Part shown: in pieces, positions 42,405 to 51,856 of the stretch
How the letters are laid out: each line of letters opens with the position of its first letter
Position numbering within the stretch: position 1 is the stretch's first letter
NCBI GenBank assembly: GCA_902593675.1
Contig: CACJJI010000004.1
Coordinates: 77,529-141,528 of the forward strand
Source of the DNA: an uncultured SAR86 cluster bacterium
GTDB taxonomy: Bacteria > Pseudomonadota > Gammaproteobacteria > Magnimaribacterales > D2472
DNA length: 64,000 nt
Direction: 5' to 3'
Program-made: the position numbers and the translations under genes
Notes under the pieces: model-generated
Seen by the model: only the letters and a program-made list of their open reading frames with translations
Database searches by the model: none
Told to the model about the DNA's origin: nothing

Positions 42405-42827
42405 GTGGCAATTAACTCAAGAACTAAAGGCGCTAATTTTGAAAGAGAAATTGGCAATCTTCTTGTTGAGCAGTTAGGGTTAAATCAACCAGTTAAAAGA
42501 ATTCTTGAGCAAACACGAACAAAAGAATTGCCTGATTTAAAATTAGGCAGGTGGTGCTTGGAATGCAAAAGATACGGTGATGGTTCTGAACCATCTCAAG
42601 ATTGGTGGGATCAAGTTTTAGCAGCTACAGGAGAGGGAGAATTTCCAGCTTTAATCTATAAGTTTAATCGTCGACCAATCAAAGTGAGGATACTTGCTGG
42701 AACTTTAATTCCAGAGCTGGATTTTTCGCCCATGACGATTGATTTGATGTGGGAAGATTTTGTAGAAATTCTTAGGTACCTCTTTCAAGTGGATATTGAG
42801 CAACATGAATCCTCATTTCAGGTCTAA
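42405..42827 (+). CDS. Putative Hjc/phage D14-like PD-(D/E)XK Holliday junction resolvase
   Basis: NSRTKGANFERE, LPDL, LECK, WWDQ, PALIYK; GTG start with GAGGA RBS; occupies the ruvCAB position. Confidence 0.75.
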   Translation: MAINSRTKGANFEREIGNLLVEQLGLNQPVKRILEQTRTKELPDLKLGRWCLECKRYGDGSEPSQDWWDQVLAATGEGEFPALIYKFNRRPIKVRILAGTLIPELDFSPMTIDLMWEDFVEILRYLFQVDIEQHESSFQV

Positions 42828-43221
42828 AGATTTTTACCTCAGAGTTTATGTGGAAGATACAGATTTTCAAGGTGTTGTTTATCATGCAAATTATCTCAAA
42901 TACTTTGAAAGAGCTCGATCTCAGTTTTTAATTGAGAATAACTTATCTCAAACAGACGCAATTGCAAAAAGGAATGAGTCTTACGTTATAAAATCAATTA
43001 ATCTTTCCTATTATCATCCCGCAAAATTAGAAGATGAGTTGACAGTAAAAACGGAAATAGAGTTGGTTAGCAAAGCAAGAACTATATTTTTTCAATCTAT
43101 TTTGAATTCAAAAAATGATACACTCATTTGCAAGGGCGAGGTGGAAGTTTGTTTTATTGACAATAGCTCAGGAAAACCAAAATCTTTTCCTTTAGGTTTA
43201 TTAAATTTATTCAAGAATTAA
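42805..43221 (+). CDS. ybgC: Tol-pal-associated acyl-CoA thioesterase
   Basis: RVYVEDTDFQGVVYHANYLKYFERAR. Confidence 0.92.
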   Translation: MNPHFRSKDFYLRVYVEDTDFQGVVYHANYLKYFERARSQFLIENNLSQTDAIAKRNESYVIKSINLSYYHPAKLEDELTVKTEIELVSKARTIFFQSILNSKNDTLICKGEVEVCFIDNSSGKPKSFPLGLLNLFKN

Positions 43222-43222
43222 T

Positions 43223-43903
43223 ATGGATGACTTTTCGGTTATAGATTTATTTCTCCAGGCAAGCCTTATTGTTCAATTGGTAATGATTTTATTGTTAATA
43301 GTTTCAATCATTTCATGGATTGTTATTTTTGAAAGATATTTTAATTTAAATAGAATCAAGCGGGCTAACCAAGAATTTGAAAAAGAATTTTGGTCTGGCA
43401 AGGATTTGAGCAAGCTTTATGAGGGTATCGATGGAGTTTCTAATGATGAATTGGTTGGATCTTTGCGAGTTTTTAAGCATGGATTTGGAGAATTTTTAAG
43501 GCTTAGTGAGGGTCAGCAAATTACAATCGAAGACTTGGAAAGCGTTAATAGGGCTATAAGAGTATCTCTGGCAAGAGAAGAAGAGTCATTAATGAATCAT
43601 CTACCTTTTTTAGCTAACGTAGGCTCGGTAAGCCCATATGTTGGATTGTTTGGAACAGTTTGGGGAATTATTAATTCATTTCAAGGTCTTTCTGATGCCA
43701 CTCAAGCAACTATTAATGCTGTTGCCCCTGGAATCTCAGAGGCTCTAGTTGCAACAGCTCTAGGTCTTTTTGCTGCAATACCAGCCGTAGTTGCATACAA
43801 TAGGTTTGCATCAGATTCTGATACTCAATTACAGCAATCCTCTGTATTTGGTGAAGAGTTGGCCAGTATTCTATATAGACAAACGGTTAAAGCAAAGCTT
43901 TGA
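43223..43903 (+). CDS. tolQ: TolQ
   Basis: EFEKEFWSG, SPYVGLFGTVWGI, VAPGISEALVATA. Confidence 0.96.
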   Translation: MDDFSVIDLFLQASLIVQLVMILLLIVSIISWIVIFERYFNLNRIKRANQEFEKEFWSGKDLSKLYEGIDGVSNDELVGSLRVFKHGFGEFLRLSEGQQITIEDLESVNRAIRVSLAREEESLMNHLPFLANVGSVSPYVGLFGTVWGIINSFQGLSDATQATINAVAPGISEALVATALGLFAAIPAVVAYNRFASDSDTQLQQSSVFGEELASILYRQTVKAKL

Positions 43904-44322
43904 TATACAGAATTGGTAAAAGGAAAAAGTTAAACGCAGACATTAATGTGGTCCCATACATTGATGTGATGTTAGTTCTTCTAATTATTTTTATGGTACT
44001 TTCCCCTCTGCTGATTCAAGGCATTGAGGTAAATCTTCCTAAAACCGATACCACTAAAATGTCAGTCTCAAGTGAGCCGCTTGTCATTTCAATTGATAGC
44101 CAAGGAGAGTATTTTATTAATTTGGGTGAGGAGCAATTGCCTATATCTCTAATGGAGTTAAAAAATAAAGCTAAGATTATTTATCAAGCAAATCCAGACA
44201 TTGAAATTGTTTTTAAAAGTGATGCCAGAGTTCCTTTTGATTACGTCGCTAAAGGCATGGCAAGCATCCAAAGCTTGGGAATTCAAAAGATAGGAATTAT
44301 TACTTCAGGCTATGATAGCTAA
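43900..44322 (+). CDS. tolR: TolR
   Basis: INVVPYIDVMLVLLIIFMV, VNLPK. Confidence 0.94.
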   Translation: MIYRIGKRKKLNADINVVPYIDVMLVLLIIFMVLSPLLIQGIEVNLPKTDTTKMSVSSEPLVISIDSQGEYFINLGEEQLPISLMELKNKAKIIYQANPDIEIVFKSDARVPFDYVAKGMASIQSLGIQKIGIITSGYDS

Positions 44323-44947
44323 TTATAGATATTTGCAAGCATCGCTATATTCTTTTTGCATTCACGCTTTTCTATTTTTGTATATCTATGGAACTTTTAA
44401 CTCAGATACATCGCAAACACTGTTAATCTCAAAGCCTCTTCAAATAGAGCTGAAGTTTGATCTGCCATCTAAAGATATAAAAAAACAAATCCCAACTGCC
44501 ACCAAGGCAATAGAAACTCCAATGGAGCAATCTCCTCAAGATACAGTTTATTCCAAAGATGCTAATGTAATTCAAACTCCACAAAGCAATACCTTGATTG
44601 AATCTAGGATAGCTAATCTTTTATCAGAAGAAAGTGAAATTGCAATGGATAGAGAGAAGCAAGAAATCTCAATGTATGCTCAAAAAATTATTTCCATCAT
44701 TGAGAGTGCCTGGATGAAACCTAGAAATATTCCCAAGGATCTAGTTGCAAATTTGAGGCTGAAAATTCGTTCTTCTGGGAGAATTATAGACGTAGAGCTT
44801 ATTAAAAGTAGTGGCAATATTCGATTCGATAATTCTGCTCTTCAAGCTGTAAGGAGAGTGGAGACTTTTAGTTTTTTTAATTCGATTCCGAAAAATTTGT
44901 ATGAAAGAGAATTTCAAACCATTGCAATAAGCTTTAATCCATCATGA
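44312..44947 (+). CDS. tolA: Short TolA
   Basis: TM helix with S..H motif (SFCIH); C-terminal TonB-like domain SSGNIRFDNSALQAV; between tolR and tolB. Confidence 0.8.
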   Translation: MIANYRYLQASLYSFCIHAFLFLYIYGTFNSDTSQTLLISKPLQIELKFDLPSKDIKKQIPTATKAIETPMEQSPQDTVYSKDANVIQTPQSNTLIESRIANLLSEESEIAMDREKQEISMYAQKIISIIESAWMKPRNIPKDLVANLRLKIRSSGRIIDVELIKSSGNIRFDNSALQAVRRVETFSFFNSIPKNLYEREFQTIAISFNPS

Positions 44948-46230
44948 AAAAAAATTTAGTTTTCGTTTTATTATTACTTGTCCCAACTTTTACTCATGGA
45001 GAGCTTTTCTTAGAAATTACAAAGGGCTCCGAAGATCCTTACAAAGTAGCAATGATTCCTTTTGAAGGCAATACAAGAGTTTCAAAGCAGCTGAATAGTA
45101 TTATGCGAAATGACTTAATTCGTACAGGAGAATTTTTAATTCTTGATGAAGAATTATTATTACCCTTAAAAATTATTGATGATGAGTTAATTTTTAGTGA
45201 CTGGAAATTGCTTGGAATGGATTATTTGGTTACCGGAACAATTGTAAATTCAAAAAATTCTTTAGACATAAATTATGAAATTTATGACATTCATAAAAAG
45301 AGAAAAGTGCGTAGTTCAAAAGTTTTCGGTATCCCAAATCAAATTAGGCAACTTGCTCATTACACGAGTGATGGTATATATGAGTCAATAACAGGAATCA
45401 AAGGTATTGCCGCTACAAGGCTTTTGTATGTCAATGAAATTAAAGACTCTCAACTAATCTCTACATACAAACTTATGTTGGCTGATTCGGATGGAGCTAA
45501 TGAAAAAATTCTTTTATCAAGTCCCGAGCCTATTATCTCTCCCTCATGGTCGCCAGATGGAAAAAAGGTCGCATATGTTTCTTTTGAAACGGGAATGGCA
45601 AAAGTTTTTATACAAGAAATAGCTTCTGGTAAAAGAGAGGCAGTATTATCAAAAGACACTCAGATTAGCTCTCCCTCATGGTCACCTGATGGAAAGTATC
45701 TTTCTCTAACACTATACCAAGATGGAAATGCAGAAATTTATATTTTAAGGTTGCGTGATCAAACTCTTACGAGGATGACCAATCAATTTGCTATCGACAC
45801 AGAATCTTCATGGTCTCCCAAGGGAAACAAAATTTTGTTTACAAGTGGTCGCTCTGGTTCACCGCAAATTTATGAGTTAGACCTAAGAAAGCTCAACCCA
45901 AAAGCAAAACGTATTTCGTTTGAGGGAACATATAATGCGAAAGCCTCTTATCTTCCAAAAGAAGAAGGGATTATTTTTGTTCACCGATCTAGCGATGGCT
46001 TATTTCACATAGCTCTTAAGTATAAAAAAGAAAATTTTATAAGGGTTTTAACTGAAGCAAAGATGGATGAATCGCCTAGTGTTGCTCCTAACGGTAATAT
46101 GGTAATCTATGGAATTAAAGAAGAAGATCTAAGCATGCTTGCTGGATTTAGTCTAAGTGGTGCAAAGTTTAAATTACCTGCATCAAATGGAGAGGTTAGA
46201 GAGCCTGCTTGGTCAAATTTTCTAAGATAA
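44944..46230 (+). CDS. tolB: TolB beta-propeller
   Basis: SPSWSPDG repeats, FTSGRSGSPQIY, VREPAWS. Confidence 0.96.
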   Translation: MKKNLVFVLLLLVPTFTHGELFLEITKGSEDPYKVAMIPFEGNTRVSKQLNSIMRNDLIRTGEFLILDEELLLPLKIIDDELIFSDWKLLGMDYLVTGTIVNSKNSLDINYEIYDIHKKRKVRSSKVFGIPNQIRQLAHYTSDGIYESITGIKGIAATRLLYVNEIKDSQLISTYKLMLADSDGANEKILLSSPEPIISPSWSPDGKKVAYVSFETGMAKVFIQEIASGKREAVLSKDTQISSPSWSPDGKYLSLTLYQDGNAEIYILRLRDQTLTRMTNQFAIDTESSWSPKGNKILFTSGRSGSPQIYELDLRKLNPKAKRISFEGTYNAKASYLPKEEGIIFVHRSSDGLFHIALKYKKENFIRVLTEAKMDESPSVAPNGNMVIYGIKEEDLSMLAGFSLSGAKFKLPASNGEVREPAWSNFLR

Positions 46231-46252
46231 TACATACATTGGAACAATTATT

Positions 46253-46726
46253 ATGAGCAAATCAATTAATTCATTTTTTACCTTATTAACTTTAATAATT
46301 TTTTCTGCTTGTAGCTCTGTTCAAGTTACAGAGGAAGCAATTGCAGATCAAAATGTTGCCGGGGTTTCAATCACATCAAAATCTACTGCTACTCAGGCGG
46401 TCCTAGCAAATGCGGTAGTTTATTTTGAATATGATCAATTTAATCTTACAGCTAAATCAATTCAGGCTCTTAAAGGCGTAAGTGAGCTCATGAATAGAAA
46501 TTCAAAAATCACAATTTCAATCGAAGGCCATGCTGATGAAAGAGGAACCAGAGAATACAATTTAGCTCTGGGACAAAGACGAGCTGAGTCAGTTGCTAAT
46601 TATTTAATTTCCAATGGAATTAATAGAAATAGATTGCTTACCAAAAGTTATGGAGAAGAAAGGCCTTTATCTCTTGGCTCGAATGATGTTGCATGGTCAA
46701 AAAATAGAAGAGTTGAAATTAAGTAG
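46253..46726 (+). CDS. pal: Peptidoglycan-associated lipoprotein
   Basis: Lipobox FSAC, EGHADERGTREYNLALGQRRA, NRRVE. Confidence 0.96.
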   Translation: MSKSINSFFTLLTLIIFSACSSVQVTEEAIADQNVAGVSITSKSTATQAVLANAVVYFEYDQFNLTAKSIQALKGVSELMNRNSKITISIEGHADERGTREYNLALGQRRAESVANYLISNGINRNRLLTKSYGEERPLSLGSNDVAWSKNRRVEIK

Positions 46727-46738
46727 TTTTCTTCCTAA

Positions 46739-47374
46739 ATGAAAATCTTCTTTTTTGCGATCCTTTTAGCGCCACTCCATATCTATTCTCAAGATGTAGA
46801 TGCTTCTGATATTTTGTTCTTAAAGATACAAGAACTTGAGGGTGAACTTGCTAGCCTTAGGAGTGAACTTGAATCCCAAGCATACTTAATTGAAAAATTG
46901 TTATATGAAGAAACAAATCAATTAGAGATAAACGCACCTTTAGATAGCGAAATTCAATCCGAAGTAAGCACATTCAGATTTGAGGGAATTAATGATAGTA
47001 AGAGCATTGATGAAGTTTACGACCAAGCAATTTCTGATTTGAATGATAAAGATTTCCAAGCTGCAAAGCAGTCTTTTGAATATTTAGCAAATAATTTTAA
47101 TGATGATGAAAAGATTCCATTGAGTCTATTTTGGCTTGGGGAGATTTCATTATTAGAGTCCAACCTTGAGGAAAGCGAAAAGTTTTTTCAAAGATTAGCT
47201 TCAGACTTTCCTGATCATTGGAGAACGCCACTAGCTCACAAAAAAATTGGTGACATTTTAGTGATGTCTGGCGAACTGGGTTCTGCAAAAATTAAATATC
47301 AATTTGTTGTTCAAACGTTTCCTGAGAATGCTGCTTCTTCATTAGCCTTGCAGTTATTAGAAAATATGGAATAA
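46739..47374 (+). CDS. cpoB: CpoB/YbgF TPR protein
   Basis: Signal peptide, coiled coil, TPR (FWLGE..); follows pal. Confidence 0.85.
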   Translation: MKIFFFAILLAPLHIYSQDVDASDILFLKIQELEGELASLRSELESQAYLIEKLLYEETNQLEINAPLDSEIQSEVSTFRFEGINDSKSIDEVYDQAISDLNDKDFQAAKQSFEYLANNFNDDEKIPLSLFWLGEISLLESNLEESEKFFQRLASDFPDHWRTPLAHKKIGDILVMSGELGSAKIKYQFVVQTFPENAASSLALQLLENME

Positions 47375-47402
47375 TCACATCTTTTTTATGGAATCCTATC
47401 TA

Positions 47403-47478
47403 GGGTCGCTAGCTCAGCTGGTAGAGCAGTTCGCTTTTAACGAATTGGTCACAGGTTCGAATCCTGTGCGACCCACCA
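47403..47478 (+). tRNA. tRNA-Lys(TTT)
   Basis: Acceptor stem GGGTCGC/GCGACCC, anticodon arm GTTCG-CTTTTAA-CGAAT, T-loop TTCGAAT, encoded CCA; 76 nt. Confidence 0.97.
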
Positions 47479-47498
47479 CCTTTTTGTTTAAATAATAA

Positions 47499-48761
47499 AT
47501 GACTGAATTGACTAGCTTCCTTAAAAATTCTTTGAAGAGACTATCATTGTCATTTACTAAAGAATCTGGACTTGCTGGTTTTTTCTTTTTTTTAGTTTTG
47601 TGCTCTTGGTATATCTTGAGGCCCGTTAGAAATGAAATGGCTGTTCAGAACTCAGATATTCTGCCATACCTTCTAGCTGTGGGCGCTTTTGTAATGTTGC
47701 TTTTGAATCCAATTTATTCATGGCTTGCTTCACGAAGAAATTTAAGGGGAGTATTGGTAGGGTGTTACTCATTCTTTATTCTTAATTTATTGATATTCAT
47801 CATTTTATGGGAATTTTTTAATCTTTCCTCGACAATTTGGTTAAGCCAAATTTTTTATATTTGGTGCAATGTATATTCTTTTTTTGTAGTTTCTATTTTT
47901 TGGGTAGTAATTATCAACCTATTTCGTGGAGATGGTGCTACAAATGTTTTTGGCGTGATTGCTGCAGGTGGCTCATTAGGAGCATTCCTTGGCTCAGAGA
48001 TTTCCAAGCAATTAGCATCAACATTTAATGAATCAGGTATTATTTTTTTTACATTGATATCAATTATCTTTTTAATACTTGCATTGTTAACAGGCCTTAT
48101 TTTACTAAAAAGATTTGTTTCTGCAGAAGACATAGATAAGGCTGCAGGTGGTACCAGTTTTGACGCTCTAAAAAACCTTATTTCTTCATCTCAAATTAGG
48201 TCTATAGGATTGTATATGTATCTTTGGACTGCAATGATGACCATCCATTGGGTAACTTCAATTGATATAGTAAATGCTTGGTCTTCCGATGGTGGAAACA
48301 GAATAATTTTCTTTAGCAATATTGAACAAACAGTCACAATCCTTACATTATTTACACAATTTTTCTTAACTTCGGCAATCATAAGATTTACTGGGCCCAA
48401 AACTATTTTGATGCTCTATGGTATTTTATTCATGGGAGCATTTATTGGTTACTACCTTAACCCGTCAATTGGATATGTATTTTTTATTACCATTATTTTA
48501 AGACTATTTGAGTATGGTATTAATAAGCCAACCAGAGAGGTCGTTTTCAGTTATTTAAAAAGAACAGATAGATACAAATCCACGGTTATGGTTGATACAT
48601 TCTTGGTGAGGATGGGAGATTTTTCAGGAAGTGGATTTATTCTTCTATCAAAATCATTTGGATTGGTGTTTTCGCAAGTCCCATTGTTGGCAATCCCATT
48701 TGCTGGATGTTTAGCGGCTCTTGGATACAAGATTCCACCTAAAGAAGAAATCAGTTCTTAG
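47499..48761 (+). CDS. MFS-fold transporter, NTT/ATP:ADP antiporter (TLC)-like family
   Basis: About 12 TM helices; YILRPVRNEM, FVVSIFW, NKPTRE, RYKS..DT..RMGD. Confidence 0.72.
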   Translation: MTELTSFLKNSLKRLSLSFTKESGLAGFFFFLVLCSWYILRPVRNEMAVQNSDILPYLLAVGAFVMLLLNPIYSWLASRRNLRGVLVGCYSFFILNLLIFIILWEFFNLSSTIWLSQIFYIWCNVYSFFVVSIFWVVIINLFRGDGATNVFGVIAAGGSLGAFLGSEISKQLASTFNESGIIFFTLISIIFLILALLTGLILLKRFVSAEDIDKAAGGTSFDALKNLISSSQIRSIGLYMYLWTAMMTIHWVTSIDIVNAWSSDGGNRIIFFSNIEQTVTILTLFTQFFLTSAIIRFTGPKTILMLYGILFMGAFIGYYLNPSIGYVFFITIILRLFEYGINKPTREVVFSYLKRTDRYKSTVMVDTFLVRMGDFSGSGFILLSKSFGLVFSQVPLLAIPFAGCLAALGYKIPPKEEISS

Positions 48762-50188
48762 AAGCCTCTTCTTCTACCTAGCCTGTCTTTGGCAAGTTTT
48801 ATCTTGGTCATAATTGTTTCTGTGGTTTGAAATGAATTACCCGAAAGACTCAATGCAAATTGAAATTGATTCAGCGCATTATCAAAATCACCAATTAATG
48901 TGTAATACTCGCCGCGGCTGAGATGATAACCAACAATATTTTTTCCAGCTCTTTGAATTTCAGATAATTGCATCCATAAACCTGGATCACGATTCTTGCT
49001 AATCAAAAGATCTCTTAAAATTTCCTCAGCTTTAATAAACTCCTTTTTAGAACTTAAGATTTTTGCTTTGATAATTGAGGCAGGATAATTACCCGGAGAA
49101 ATATTTAGCACTTGCTCGATATTATTTTTGGCCTCATCGAGGCGTTGTCCAGACAATAAAATTTCTGATTTTGTGATATTCAAAATTAAATTTTTTGGAA
49201 ATTTATTTAATATTTCATTCATTGCATCTAATGCTTTGTCAGTTTGACCATTTGATTGCAGTGCGCTTATGTATGCATATTTATTTTCATTGGTTGGAAT
49301 ATCTTTATACAATTTTTCAAAGTATCTAGCTGAAGCCTGAGGAGATAGCGAGCTATATCTTGCCTTCAGCCTTCCTTTTACAAATTCAAAGTTGATGGTA
49401 TTTTTTTTACCACCAGTAAATTCTATTTGATCAGCGGCGTTAAAAGCGTCACTTACCCTAGAGGAAGTAATAGGGTGGGTTAATAAAAATTCTGGAGGAT
49501 TATCTCCAGCTAACTTTCTTACTTTTGCCATGTTTTCAAACATTTGACCCATACCTGCTGGATCATACCCTGCAGCTATAAGATTATTAAACCCATACCT
49601 ATCTGCCTCTCTTTCAAAAATTCGACTATATCTTAGCTGTTGTTGTTGCAATGCAGCCGGTCCAGCAATAAAAGCTGTTGGATTATTAGAGATAATAGCC
49701 AACGCAATTGCTGACACCATCACTAAAGACGAAGCGAGATTTGTGTCTCTTCCTCTTAAAACATTTCTAGCAAAATGCCGTTGACTTAAATGAGCTAACT
49801 CATGACCCAAGACAGATGCTAACTGCGCTTCATTTCCAGCATTTAGAAATAAACCTCCGTTTACCCCTATAACTCCGCCGGGAGCGGCAAATGCATTAAG
49901 TGACTTTTCATCTATCAACACGATAGTAAACTGCCTATCTTTCACTTGGGAGGTTTCAGAAAGTTTGTATATTAGCAGTTCTGTATATTCTTGAATGATT
50001 GGATCTTCAATCAAGGGAGCTTGAGCATAGACTTGCTCCAAAAAACCTTGTCCCAACATTCTCTCTTGCTCCAGAGAAATCACTCCAGATACTCGATCAC
50101 CTAAATTTGGTAAATTAAGGTCTTTCTCTTGCGAAATGGTTAGTTGAGATAAAAACAAGAAAAGAAAGAAAGAGCGTTTGATTAACAT
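48758..50188 (-). CDS. bepA: Beta-barrel assembly-enhancing M48 protease with TPRs
   Basis: LPNLG, NAFAAPGG, HELAH, EREAD, PPEFLLTHP, C-terminal TPRs. Confidence 0.9.
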   Translation of the reverse strand: MLIKRSFFLFLFLSQLTISQEKDLNLPNLGDRVSGVISLEQERMLGQGFLEQVYAQAPLIEDPIIQEYTELLIYKLSETSQVKDRQFTIVLIDEKSLNAFAAPGGVIGVNGGLFLNAGNEAQLASVLGHELAHLSQRHFARNVLRGRDTNLASSLVMVSAIALAIISNNPTAFIAGPAALQQQQLRYSRIFEREADRYGFNNLIAAGYDPAGMGQMFENMAKVRKLAGDNPPEFLLTHPITSSRVSDAFNAADQIEFTGGKKNTINFEFVKGRLKARYSSLSPQASARYFEKLYKDIPTNENKYAYISALQSNGQTDKALDAMNEILNKFPKNLILNITKSEILLSGQRLDEAKNNIEQVLNISPGNYPASIIKAKILSSKKEFIKAEEILRDLLISKNRDPGLWMQLSEIQRAGKNIVGYHLSRGEYYTLIGDFDNALNQFQFALSLSGNSFQTTETIMTKIKLAKDRLGRRRGF

Positions 50189-50276
50189 GTGTTTATTATT
50201 TCAATTGCCTCGAAGCTTACACTATTGATTGTTTTCAATTAACATATCATTTCTAGGACAAAATGAAATATAAAAA

Positions 50277-51332
50277 GTGCTTGAAGATATAAATAATTTA
50301 TTTAAGAAAATTTTCTCTAATGAGGAGACTTTAGTATTTGCGTTATTGCTCACTATTGGTTTTTTAATCATATTTTTTTTAGGCAATATTTTAACTCCTT
50401 TTTTAATGAGTTTAATTTTTGCATATTTACTTATTGGTATGCAGAAGCGATTAGAGCAATATGGTGTCAATAGCACAATTGCATTGGTACTTACATATAG
50501 TTTTTTCTTGTTATTGGGTATTGCGCTAATGGTCTGGTTTGGCCCTTTGGTATACCAACAGCTTCAGTCGTTAATTTTAGAAATTCCTAAATGGGTTAAT
50601 TCATTTATGATTTTTGTGCAAAATGTTCCTGAAAATTATCCAGATCTAGTTTCCTCTGATCAAATTACAACATTTTTGCAAAGCCTGTCAGGTCAAATTA
50701 CAGCTATCTCTCAGGACTTTTTAAAAGCTTCCATCACTGGAATTCAAAACACGGTAACTATTGCTATAAATTTAATCCTACTTCCAATCCTTGTTTTCTT
50801 TTTTTTATTTGATAGAGATTCAATTATTTCTGGTTTTCTAAGCATTCTGCCTAAAGAGAGAGCAATCCTTCAAAACGTTTGGGTTGAGATGGATGATCAG
50901 TTAAGTAATTATGCAAGGGGAAAGGCTATAGAGATTTTAATTGTTGGCCTAGCAGCGGCTATAGTTTTTATGTATTTTGATTTGCAATACATAGCCCTTT
51001 TATCAGTGTTGGTTGGATTTTCAGTTTTGATACCTTTTTTGGGAGCATTTATTGTAACTTTGCCAGTTGCTGCAGTAGGCATGCTTCAGTTTGGTTTAAG
51101 TTTTGATTTTTGGTTGTTAATGGGGGCTTATTTAGTGCTGCAAATCCTTGATGGGTATTTGTTAGTCCCTTTACTTTTTTCTGATGCAGTCAAACTGCAT
51201 CCCGTTGTGATCATGTTAGCAGTTTTTGTTTTTGGGGCAATATTTGGTTTTTGGGGTGTATTTTTTGCAATACCTATAGCCACTTTGATTAAAGCAATAT
51301 GGAATTCATGGCCAGAAAACTTATCTAACTAA
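50277..51332 (+). CDS. perM: AI-2E family transporter (PerM)
   Basis: YARGKAIEI, SVLIPFLG, QILDGYLLVPLLFS..LHP; flanked by bepA and bcp. Confidence 0.85.
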   Translation: MLEDINNLFKKIFSNEETLVFALLLTIGFLIIFFLGNILTPFLMSLIFAYLLIGMQKRLEQYGVNSTIALVLTYSFFLLLGIALMVWFGPLVYQQLQSLILEIPKWVNSFMIFVQNVPENYPDLVSSDQITTFLQSLSGQITAISQDFLKASITGIQNTVTIAINLILLPILVFFFLFDRDSIISGFLSILPKERAILQNVWVEMDDQLSNYARGKAIEILIVGLAAAIVFMYFDLQYIALLSVLVGFSVLIPFLGAFIVTLPVAAVGMLQFGLSFDFWLLMGAYLVLQILDGYLLVPLLFSDAVKLHPVVIMLAVFVFGAIFGFWGVFFAIPIATLIKAIWNSWPENLSN

Positions 51333-51333
51333 A

Positions 51334-51810
51334 TTATCTAACCAATTCTTTGGTGGCATCAAGAACCTCATGAACATGCCCCTTTACTTTCACAGATCTC
51401 CATTCCTTCATCACTTTTCCTTTAGAATTTATAAGAAATGTGCTTCTATCTACCCCCATGTATTCTCTTCCATACATTGATTTTAACTTCATTACATCAA
51501 AGGCTTTGCATACCTTTTCATCTGGATCAGACAAAAGCTCAAATGGAAAACTTTGTTTGGACTTAAAGTTTTCATGAGATTTGATTGATTCTCTAGATAC
51601 GCCCAATATCTCGGTATTTAATTTTTTAAATTTTTTGTAATTATCTCTAAATTCTTGGCCTTCAGTAGTGCATCCAGGAGTTGAGTCTTTTGGATAAAAA
51701 TAAATTACAACATTTTGATTCTTAAAAGTTTCATTGGATACAATTTGATCACTCGTTGCATTAGCCTTGAACTTTGGACAGTTTTTTCCTTCTAAATTTT
51801 TAGCCATCAT
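51334..51810 (-). CDS. bcp: Peroxiredoxin Bcp
   Basis: YFYPKDSTPGCTTE, GVSR, RSTFLI. Confidence 0.93.
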   Translation of the reverse strand: MMAKNLEGKNCPKFKANATSDQIVSNETFKNQNVVIYFYPKDSTPGCTTEGQEFRDNYKKFKKLNTEILGVSRESIKSHENFKSKQSFPFELLSDPDEKVCKAFDVMKLKSMYGREYMGVDRSTFLINSKGKVMKEWRSVKVKGHVHEVLDATKELVR

Positions 51811-51856
51811 TTCCTCAAAAAAAAGTGTATAGTTTCATTTTTTACTGAAAACATTC

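Noticed and set aside
42405-42827. Prophage remnant or restriction-modification system
   Set aside because: No integrase, att repeats, phage structural genes or methyltransferase nearby; the gene is tightly coupled within a core operon.
47403-48761. Genomic island integrated at tRNA-Lys
   Set aside because: No integrase or duplicated tRNA 3' end seen; only one gene precedes the return to core synteny.
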